Shown: positions 35,989 through 46,600 of the stretch, piece after piece
Layout: every line of letters starts with the position of its first letter
Numbering within the stretch: the first letter of the stretch is position 1
Assembly (NCBI RefSeq): GCF_021028975.2
Contig: NC_059439.1
Location: 23,570,294 to 23,624,000 of the forward strand
Reading direction: 5' to 3'
DNA from: Sphaerodactylus townsendi
Taxonomy: Eukaryota
DNA: 53,707 bases
The notes under the pieces: generated by a model
Database searches by the model: none
Told to the model about the DNA's origin: nothing
Seen by the model: the letters and a program-made list of their open reading frames with translations, nothing else
Program-made: the position numbers and the translations under genes

Positions 35989-36339
35989 TTTTGTTTTGCG
36001 GTAGTGCCGATTTCATAGCTGTTTTCCACTTTGTGTCCAGTGTTAAGTTAATAGGAGCTAGAAACTTAAACTCTTCAAATAAAAAAAGTGAAAGTGATGG
36101 ACAGTCACTGAATGCTGCACTCCCATATTAACTATTAGAAGTGTGGTTGCTTGCTCTATTCAGCAATCTTGCTTGTCTCACAATTATTAACAATACATTT
36201 CTTCCTAGAGGGCCCCAGGATCCAACACAACCTTGAGATTCCAATCTGGATCCAAGGATGTAGGTAAGGGGAGTGGGTTCCTGGGTTTAACATCCCCATT
36301 ACATATCTGAAGCCCCGCCCCTTGTTTGTGGGTGGTTCT

Positions 36340-36845
36340 TTTTTGGTATTTTTAGTGTTTTTTTAATTTTTGGTCTGAAGGGGGTGCTGGTTTTAGGCTA
36401 CCAGCACCAAAATTTCAGGAATTGTTGGGAGACTCTCCTGATTATATCACCCAGGCTTGGGGAGGTTTGGTTCAGGGGGTCCAAAATTATGGATTCCCAA
36501 AAGGGGTGCACCATCTCCCATTGTTTCCAATGGGAGCTAATAAGAGATGGGGCTACATTTTGGAGGGTCCATAACTTTGGACCCCCTGAACCAAACTTCA
36601 CCAAACCTGGGTGGTATCATCAGAAGATTCTCTTAAAGATACTCTGAAAGTTTGGTGCTGCTAGCTTAACAATTGGTCCCCTGACAGCAGGCACCCCCAA
36701 ATTTCCCCAGATTCTCCTGTTAAATCCACCCCCTTCGGCATGGATTTAAAGAAAGAATCTGAGGTCCCCAGTTTAAATATTGAAAGTGATGCTGTGTCAG
36801 GGTGGGGGATAATCCACCCCAAAGCAGCATCACTTTAACAACAAC
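36340..36845 (-). repeat. Palindromic dispersed module shared with 24560-25445 and 20745-21030
   Basis: Reverse complement of the internal region of the hAT element (GGTTCAGGGGGTCCAAAGTTATGGACCC motifs). Confidence 0.8.
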
Positions 36846-37604
36846 AAAATCCTCAGAGGTTGCTCTGGGAGGCAAGCAAGAGCATGTGCAAGAGCTTATG
36901 ACCCACAGAGCCACACCAGCCTAAAGTTGTAGGCTGGCACAGCTGGGGGAAGTCTAGGGGCGTTTCTGGGGGTGAAGCCAACTTTAGTCAGCATTCACTG
37001 TGTATTGGGGCCAGGAATACTCCTGGCACAGTCCTTGGATCGACAGCATCTGAAAGGGTGGCATACGTCTATTTAGCCCTATGGAGGGCTTTCAGATGGT
37101 CAGGGATTTTCTGGAGCAGAAAGGGTGCAGAAATTGGAAGTAACCATCTTCAAATGTAAATAAAATAAAATAAAAATCTGAATGACAAAATGAGACTAAC
37201 AGCTAAGTAGCACAAACACGGAAATATTTACAATTATGCCCCCTCCCATTCAAAGAATGAATAGATTCAGCATGATAGTTCAGTGGTAGACTGCATACTT
37301 CAAATGTTGAAAGTGTGGTACTTCCAGTTGGAAGGATCTCGGTTAGCTTGGCTGAGTTGCTCCCAGTCAAAGCACCCTAAATGAATCACAGGTCATATTC
37401 AACATAAGGCAGCTTCATACTTCTATTATTCAATATCCAATTCTATGATTGCCTATGAAAGAATCCCATTAGTGCTGACCCCACAACAATCCCTTTGGAA
37501 TACCAGTCAGCTCCCACACAGTTGCAAGGTCTTGGTTCCAGTTTTATGTAACATCCCATGTCAAATCATTTGGGTTCACAACAGCTTGTGATGTGCAGAG
37601 GTTT

Positions 37605-38210
37605 CATCTGGTGAATAACCACAGGACACGTCTTAGAATTAAAATGGGCCGCAGCCCTTTTATTGAGGCAGAAGCTGGGCAAGCAATAGGAGCATATCCA
37701 AGCAGCTGGTCAGCACCCCTGGCTGTCCCTGGCACCAACCCCAATCCATATTGGGGGTGACAGAGAAGGTATTGGGCCACCTGGGCGCCCGCCTGTTGTA
37801 GCCCCCTTCCTGCTGGGGTGTCAGGCTCGATTGCAGAGGCCTCCACAGCATGCGCCATGAGCCCGCCCCACCCCAAGCCTCTTATGGAGGCTACCAACCG
37901 CAGGGAGGTCTGACGCGCAATCTAGGCCTCCCCATAAGGTTGCGCTCCTCTGCCCAAACCGCCAAGGCTGTGATGAAGTGAGCAGCAAAAAGCCCTGCCC
38001 AAATAGGGAGGGAGGGTGGGTCAGTTTGCGAAGAAGGTTGGAGCAGCCACATGCTGCCTAATATATAGGGAGCGTGCTCCACCCCTTGAGCTTCTGCGTA
38101 ACACGTTATCAGGCTGGGAGTGGCTCAGCTGCTCAGCCAGCCCAAGGCACGCATGCTCACTGCTGCGGAGCTCACCATGTGCCCTGCTCCCTGTCGCAAT
38201 TGTGGCCTAG
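37605..38210 (-). mobile_element. GC-rich repeat, possible DIRS/Ngaro-like remnant
   Basis: Shares the AATAAA..GGGCTGCGGCCCA end motif with the 46190-46975 and 17610-18330 repeats. Confidence 0.35.
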
Positions 38211-38820
38211 TTGATTCTAGTGCTGTTATTTCTTCAAAAGTATGATCATGCACACACAAATACAGATGCATATTTGATATTGTTGAAAGGATTATGGCGG
38301 GAGGGAGACTGTATTGAAAAATGTCAAACATAATAGTGTCAATGACAGAGCATTCGTCTTTGAGAATTCCTTGGAAATGTGCCCCTCAGTTCGCTAACGT
38401 AGCAATGAAAGGTGCATGAAGTTGTAAGGATAAAATTAAACTGTACATTTTTGAAATATAAAGTGTTGTCAGGAATGGGGAATCAACATTCTGTAGTACT
38501 GCTAATAAATGGCTAAGAGATGGACTGAAATATACATATGTTTATTGATACTTTGACTGCACTTTCACACGGTTTTCTTCTGAGTAGCTCATATTAGCTT
38601 CAAGAGAATTTCACACTGGCACTGTGTAAAGACAGGTTGGAAAAAAGTGTCTCATGTTCCTCAAGACCATTCCTTAAGCAATGGTTATCTGACTTTTTTT
38701 TTAATCATTAGGGAACTCACAATGAAAAACTAAACAGAAAAAAATCAGCTTCAGGATTTACCATGATAAAAACTAATTTACAAACATTTCAGTTGTGTTT
38801 AATGAGATAGACTTCACAGA

Positions 38821-38971
38821 GGCTCCTTCTGCACACGCAAAATAACGCATTTTCAAACCACTTTCACAACTGTTTGCAAGTGGATTTTGCTCTTCCGCAC
38901 AGTAAAATCCAGCTGCAAAGTGCATTGAAAGTGGATTGAAAGTGCATTATTCTGCATGTGCAGAATGAGCC
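38821..38971. mobile_element. MITE, Harbinger-like (family A variant)
   Basis: GGCTCCTTCTGCA...TGCAGAATGAGCC, TSD AGA. Confidence 0.82.
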
Positions 38972-38977
38972 AGAGAT

Positions 38978-39742
38978 TTATTCTTTTGAAGATATCAACT
39001 TTAAAACTGTTTTCTTGAGAGCGCCCTTTACATCTTTGTTCCTCAGACTGTAGATAACAAGGTTTAGTATTTCAGTCATAATGGAATAGAAAAGAAAAAG
39101 CAGTTTGTCCACATGTGGAGAGTAAGTTGATTTGGGGCGTATGTAAATGAATATGGCTGTGCCATAGAATAATGAGACCACAATGAGATGTGAGGAGCTG
39201 GTGGAGAAAGCATTCTGTCAGCTTTTGGCTTTTTCATCCTTAAGACGGTTGCAATGATACGGAAATAGGACAATAGCATCAGCATGAAGATGATGAAGAC
39301 TACAAAGGCAGCTGCCACAATGATTTGGATCTCATTCCAGTAAGTGTCCTCACACAACAGCTTTAACAGAGGCAGGATTTCACAAAATAAATGGTTGATG
39401 ACATTGGAATTACAGAAACGAAGGATGAAGTCGAAGGTAGTATGGCCCACAGCCACCAGGCATCCGCAGACCCAAGAGAGGGCAGCAAGCTGAATGCATA
39501 CCTCCTTTCTCATGATGACCAGGTAATGGAGTGGATTGCAAATGGCAACATAGCGATAGTGAGCCATAAAGGCTAGGAGACAGCACTTAGTAACACCAGA
39601 GCAGTGGTAGAAATGCATTTGAGTAGCACAGGCTTGCAAGGAGATAGTTTTATCCAGAGCAAGGGTGTTATCAAGCAGCTTTGGGATAGTGACAGAAATA
39701 TAGCAGATCTCCAAGAAAGATAAGTTTCCGAAGAAGAGTAAA
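38978..39742 (-). pseudogene. Olfactory receptor pseudogene lacking the N-terminus and TM1
   Basis: Starts at LFFGNLSFLEICY (TM2); decayed motifs [34 protein letters not shown]; frameshift plus TGA near 39218-39232. Confidence 0.92.
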
Positions 39743-39780
39743 AAGTGAGTATCCTCACATAATATTGCCACCAAGTTATT

Positions 39781-40698
39781 CTATGTTATATTTTTTTTCC
39801 TAAAGAACTGGTCTCTGGTGTTTATGTCTGGCCTGAGCAAAATGATATACATTTTAGGGGCAAATATGCAACCCAACAATCCAGCACTGGATGCCAAGAT
39901 AGAAAAGATCTCAACAGCCACCATGTATTTCCCTTTGGTGCTCAGGTAGGTTGGAACAAAGGAGATCCAGACACTGCAGAACACCAACATGCTGAAGGTG
40001 ATGAACTTGGCTTCATTGAAAGTATCTGGCAGCTTCCTGGCCAGGAAGGCAACCAAGAAGCTGACGCTGGCCTGAAAGCCCATGTAACCCAAGCCCATGT
40101 AAAACATGGTGACTGAGCCTTCATTGCACTCCACTATGATTTGTCCAGATTGGGAGAACTTGTCAAGGTCTGGGAATGGTGGAGAAGTACTGAGCCAGAT
40201 CGTGCAGATGCCAACTTGAATAAGAGAGCAAACCAGGATGATGTAATTGGCCAGCCTTTTCCCCAGCCATACATACTCTCTTTGTTGTGGTTTCCTGGAC
40301 TTCAGGGCTGATGAATGCCAGAACCACGGTGATGGTTTTGGCCAAGACACAAGACATTACAAAAGAAAATGCATTGCCAAAAGCCGCCTGTTGAAGAAGG
40401 CAGGTCACCTTGTTGGGTTGTCCCATGAACAAAAAAATGCAAAGGAAGCAAAGCAAGATGGAAATCAGGAGGAGGTGGGTAAGATCCCGGTTGTTGGCTC
40501 TGACAATGGGTGTGTTTTTATATTTGACAAAGGTTCCAAAGACAACAAGGGTGAGCAGAGAAAAAGAGAGAGAAGCAGAAGCCAAACTGATTCCTAATGG
40601 CTCATTATAGGCAAGAAAAGTCTTAACTTTAGGGATGCATCCATTTTGGTTCTCATTTGGATGCTCATCATCTGGGCACAGGATACATTGAAATGCAT
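39781..40698 (-). CDS. V2R exon 6 (7TM), with frameshift
   Basis: [66 protein letters not shown]; acceptor ttttcag|AT. Confidence 0.93.
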
Positions 40699-43600
40699 CT
40701 GAAAAGAAATAGAATGGCAGATATAGGACACAGTGTGTAACAGACTTCCTTCTGTGATACACCTCTGAAGATGCCAGCCACAGATGCAGGTGAAACGTTT
40801 GGAACAAGATCCACCAGACCATAGCCACACAGCCCAGAACACCCACCAGAACCAGCTGGTTCATGAGATCAGAGTCCTCCACTCATGTGGAGGAGTGGGG
40901 AATCAAACCCAGTTCTCCAGATTAGAGTCCACTTTCGAAACACTTTTCTAGGCTGCACATAAATTCTGCATTGTATTTTTATTTAGTTTATTTAGCTTCC
41001 ATACAATATCAGCATCTGTTTCTGTTTTTCTAGTTCAATATATCGTGTTGCTAACATTGTTTGTGTTTCATTAGATAAGGTGCTGTATTTGTTGAATTTC
41101 TTGTCACAGATGGGGGTTTCTGGACAGATGGACAACACAAACTTTTAGTATTATAAACATGAAACTTTTGGGTAGTTGGAAGCCACGTACCTGTCTGATT
41201 TGAAATTGTCCCTTCTGGGCACTGAGAACAATCATAGCAGCAAGATGAACTTTCTTCCCTGAGAACTTTTCTGCTATATCCAGGGTGGCATCTCTCAGTG
41301 CACAGGGAATGAGGCAAGGTCTATCCATAATGAAAATAAATCTGGTTTAATTTAAGGTAATGACTAGGACATTTTTGTACCTTCTTGGATATTCATCTCA
41401 ATGTGGTAAGAGGATTTGAATATTTCAGTGAAGCTGGCTCAGGCCCTTTCCGCACGGGCGGTTTATGGCGCCCTGGGGACGGCAAAAATGCCGTCCCCAG
41501 GGAGCCATTCACACAGGGGTCATAGCTGCTGCGCAGCCGCGCCGCCCTCGCGCCGCCTGACCGGCTGGAAGCCGGCATTTCCCAACCTCGCTTGGCAAGA
41601 GAGGTTGTTGGGAAACGTCGGCTTGGAGCTGCTGCCATGCAAATGCCAGCGGCTTCCAGGCGCCTTCCCTCCCCCCCCCGACCGGGCGACTCACCTGTCC
41701 TGCAGCCCTCCAGCGCGTCGCCGAGGCCTGGGGACATGCCCCCTTTGCCCTGCGACCTTGGAGCGGTCGCGCAGGGCAGGGGGCATGTCCCCTGGCCTCG
41801 GCGATGTGCTGGAGGGCCGCAGGACAGGTGAGTCACTCTGACAACGGCGCAACTCTGCACCGTCGTCCCTGCCGTTTCTGGGACCGTCCATGCGAATGGT
41901 CCCAGAGGGGTCGGGTCGGTGTGGATTGCGCCGACCCGACCCCTTCCGCCTCCGTGTGGAAACGGCCTCAGAGAAGAGAGTTTTTAAGGCAATAGACAAA
42001 CAGAGATGATTCACCGTTACCTGCCTCAGGATAATAACCCTGGAATCCTGTAGTAGTCTCCAATCCAAGTCCTAGCCATGGCTAACCTTGTTTGCTTTTT
42101 AAATCCAAATAAAAAATACTGACAAAGTACACACTACTGACAGAGGGGGGTTTTTTGCCATCAAGTGGTGACATTAGTGGGATATATGGTGACCTTTTAT
42201 AGTTTTCAAGGCAGGAGATGTTCAGAGGTGGCTTGCCATTGCCTGCCTCCAAGTCATAATTCTTGTATTCCTTGATTGTATGCCATCCAGATTCTAGCCA
42301 CGGTCAACCCTGCTTACCTTCTGATATCTGACAAGGGCTAACCTGAGCTTTCCAGGTCAAAGGTAGGACATTTTAATGGTCAATAATTTAGAAAGTTGCC
42401 ATCAGTCAGAAGCAATGTAACAGCATATAACACACACACACATAATGCATTGATTGAACTATTGGTATAGAATAGAATAGAATAGAATAGAATAGAATAG
42501 AATAGAATAGAATAGAATAGAATAGAATAGAATTTATTATTACAGCCTTTCGGCCAGTCATTAAAACCAGAATTGGCATATGTAAGGATACATAATATTC
42601 CAGTTGTACAGCGATCCAAGGTGTGAGATCAATACATTAAATACCATTAACTTAAGCCATTATTGCAAGTTTCATCATACAATCTTAAGCCATTATTGCA
42701 AGTTTCATCATACAATCCGGTTCTCTACCTTAATAATAATCTTCGCTTATCGTATGCCAGCGTACAAAATTTGGCCACCTTCTGTGATTTAGAGGGAACG
42801 CAGTCTTCTAAGAAAATTCTTACAAAATTAGAATCTGAGTTGGCTATAAATGGGTGTACATGGAGAATTTTCAATGGTTGAATTAAAAGCAGCAGTGGCG
42901 TAGGAGGTTAAGAGCTCATGTATCTAATCTGGAGGAACCGGGTTTGATTCCCAGCTCTGCCGCCTGAGCCGTGGAGGCTTATCTGGGGAATTCAGATTAG
43001 CCTGTGCACTCCCACACACGCCAGCTGGGTGACCTTGGGCTAGTCACAGCTTCTCAGAGCTCTCTCAGCCCCACCTACTTCACAGGGTGTTTGTTGTGAG
43101 GGGGGAAGGGCAAGGAGATTGTAAACCCCTTTGAGTCTCCTGCAGGAGAGAAAGGGGGATATAAATCCAAACTCTTCTTCTCTTTTTCTTCCCTTTCGCT
43201 ATTATGAAGCTCACAGTGCAATAGAATTTGTGATACTGAGTCCACTTCCCCTGAGTCACACACACGTGTTCTTCTGTGCCAAGGAATTTTTTGAAATTCT
43301 CCCATCAGATTAACTGATGTCAAGGTATCGAAGCGAGCTCTTGACAAGGCCCATCGGCTTCTTGCCAATGTTATATTAGATAGCTAGGAAGAAGCTAAAA
43401 TAGGAAGAAGCTAAGAAAAACCCATGATTTTAATGGTTTATATGTCACAGGTAGTCAAGGGAAATTTGTTTGCATCTCAATATCACTGAGCCAATAATAG
43501 ACCATGGCCATTGCTCAGTTATCTAATTCCAAAAGTTGCATTGGATCCATACCACACTGATTGAGTTTTAATATGATTTTTTCTAGCCATCCAGGGTGGG

Positions 43601-46600
43601 GTGTCACCCTAACTATTGGTATACATTTTGCATTGTGGTGAGGAACAGAGAAGTGTGGGCTGTGTTTCATGGGTCTCAGCTGAATGTTGTCAGAGAAAAA
43701 AACTCAGTGTTTAACAGCACTATCTGACACAAGAAGTAGTTTACTTTTGTGTTTATTTTGCAGCTTAGTAGTGTTAGATCTCCTTGGTCCTAATAACTTC
43801 CAATGGGAACTGGTTCCCAAGAGAAACAATGAAATCATCTGAAGATAGTGCTCTGTGCAAGGTCTGTGTCACTATTAACCCATTGGGTGATTTCACATTG
43901 CAACATTTATTAGGCAGACTTTGATTACGGGGTGGTTTGCAATTGCATCATGTATCTAATCTGGAGGAACCGGGTCATCTATGTTTTACTCCCAGAAATC
44001 TGGGTACTCAGTTCACTGACCTTGGAAGGCTGAGTCAACCTTGAGCTGAGTACCTGAAACCACTTTCTATGTGAATCAAACACAGTTCATGAGAAGAGCT
44101 TCGACTGCAGTAATGAAGGTTATCATACTGTGCCATGGGGATCTTATCTTTAATAATAATACTACTAATAACTGTAATAGTAACAACGATGAAGATAATG
44201 GTGATGGTTACACTAATGGCAATGAACATTATAATAATAACGGTTGGGGGGAAAAGAACAGTAAATACGAAGATGCTAAAATGTAGGGGGCTCACCTGGT
44301 TAAATCTTTTAGGCCATATGATAGCATCACTTTTGATGGTAAATCTTTGGTCAGATGAGGCCCAGCGATTCACCATTCCAACTCTTACAGGGATAAAGGA
44401 CTTATTGGGGAAATGGACCCAGTTTACGATGTCATATCCAATTGGCCATTCCTGTTGTTCATTGAAATATACTTCCTCCCCAATACTGTTGTTGAAACAC
44501 AGTTTTTGCAAAAATGGATGGAGCTAAATGGGAAAGCAAAACTTCAGAAGCTACAAAACAGGTCAAAGAGTTGCAATCAGGTAAGGATTGTCATGCAACA
44601 GCACATATTCAATTCCAATTCCAAAGCCTTTATTGACATTATAAGTTACAGAATTAGTAAAAAGGGGCATTTATCTACTAACTGAGACATTAAAGCATTA
44701 AAATACATTAAAATACAACGTTGAACATTCACAACATTCACGCACTCATAAAATAATTTAGCCGTTACTACTATGTAGGCAATGATTGCGCCTGACCAAA
44801 TAGTTCCTCAAAAAACTTGCAACATTCTCACATACGAGATCACAGGAACCGCTGAGTAGAAAATTCATAACAGATGGTAGCCTGACATCGTTTGAGCTCT
44901 CTATCAATGGACAGATGTACATAGAGAGTAACGACTCGTATATTGGACATTCCAATAGTACATGTTGAACAGTCTCAGCAACGGCCATATTACATTGACA
45001 TAACCTGTTCTCATATGGAGTGTTATTATACCTGCCAAGAGTCATAGCGTTAGGCAGACAGCACATATTTAAATGATTTAAAGTATGATCACAAAAATTC
45101 ATTGGGTCAAATCCAAAGGTGGGTGCAATCCAAAGGTGGGTGGTCGAAGCTGCATTGGGAGTAGCAGAAGGGTTGTGCTGGTGCCTATGCCACCAGGAAA
45201 CTGGCACAGATACTGACACTAAAAGACTTAGGTGGGCAGCTGCCCATTCAAGTACCTAAATCTGTTCACTGGCCTTTTCAGTTGCTGACCATGAGCACAT
45301 ATGCCCATGCTGACATTTGGGGGCTGTTCCCAGGGACAGAGCTGACTCTAGTTACCTCCCAACATTTTGGCTTGGGAATGGCTTCCTTCAGCTGCTCAAA
45401 CTTACACTAACAAAAAAGGCAGTGTAGGTAATTTCGACTATGGGTTCTCCCAAGGAGAAAAATGTTTCTCCTTCTCTTCTGTTCCCTACTGCAACAAATT
45501 AGCAGTCATGCTGAAGAATGGAGCCCTACAAATCCAGTGTCACCCCTCAAGATAGAATCATGAATGCCAGAGAATTCCAAGAGCTTGAAATAATCTGACT
45601 CTTGTATTGATTTATAACAAGGGTGAGCCAGCATGGTGTAGTTGATACTGTGCCCACTCTGCCATGGAAGCATCCTTCATGAACTTCATTTTCCTGTTTT
45701 GACTAAATGCTCTTTGTCATGGAAGATGCTATTGCTACAGTAAAGGGAAGTCACATATGACTATGAAAAGCATCTTTGCCTTTGATCTCCTGGAGGGAGG
45801 ACAGGAAACTATGCAGAGGTGCCAGGATGAAACTTCAAAGGCCTAAATTACCTCGTGACCTGAACAGAGTTTTCCTGAGAAGGGGAAAACAAAGGTTTTT
45901 GGAATTTCATCTTGAGACGTGGTCAGAGAAGCATCTCTGGGCCATGGGTTCTCGGAATGGGGACAAAGAACCAAAAGAAATGTAACCAGTTGAGCAACTT
46001 TTTTTGTTTTGAACTTTTACAATAAATCCTTGAACGATCAGCTGGTCTGGAGTCATTAGGAGGGAAAAAAACCCAAGACCGAGGTGAGATAAGAGTGGCT
46101 CTCCCAAGCTTAATCTCAACCTCAGTCGTCATATGTGACTTCCCTTTGCATGCAGATGGTGAGACCCTTCTCCGGCAAATGAAGACACTACAACGACAGG
46201 CTTGGAAAAATGGATTGGGCCGCAGCCCAATTTATTAATGTATATGCATATATATATAACATCTATTTACAGAGAAGCTAGGGTAGCAAACAGGTCGCAA
46301 CATTAGGCGATCCCAATCTCCATTGGGGCCACCAGCGGGAAGGGGAGCCCCAGAGGTAACCCTCCGGCTTCGACCCTTCCTGCTCCTGCTGAGGAGGCGG
46401 GCACCGGCTAAGCCCACAGGCCGCCTACCGACCCACCATCCTCCCCAAGCTTGCTGGGGTATCGGGCACCGGCTAAGCCTACCGGCTGCCTACCGGCCCA
46501 CCCTGCCCCACTCCCTGGGGTGTCGGGCAATGGCCAAGCCTAATGGCCTGCCAACTGGCCCGCCACACACCCCGGCCCTTCCACAGGGCACAAGCATGGG

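Larger units (their letters stand above)
33880..36043 (+). repeat. Segmental duplication copy 2
   Basis: Paralogous to 20060-22866; lacks the Tc2-like MITE but carries a family-A MITE. Confidence 0.9.

Noticed and set aside
40699-40882. N-terminal part of ORF 40163-40882
   Set aside because: Intronic Penelope and SINE sequence that happens to be open; the exon starts at the acceptor at 40698.
41393-42068. Multiple ORFs on both strands
   Set aside because: Result of a GC-rich palindromic MITE.
42888-42960. Possible tRNA gene
   Set aside because: The A and B boxes belong to a multi-copy SINE head; no complete cloverleaf.
44035-44295. Hydrophobic TM-like extension after V2R exon 4 (possible truncated membrane-anchored isoform)
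   Set aside because: Translation of a degenerate (ATT/ATC)n low-complexity tract after a good GTGAGC donor; no evidence for intron retention.
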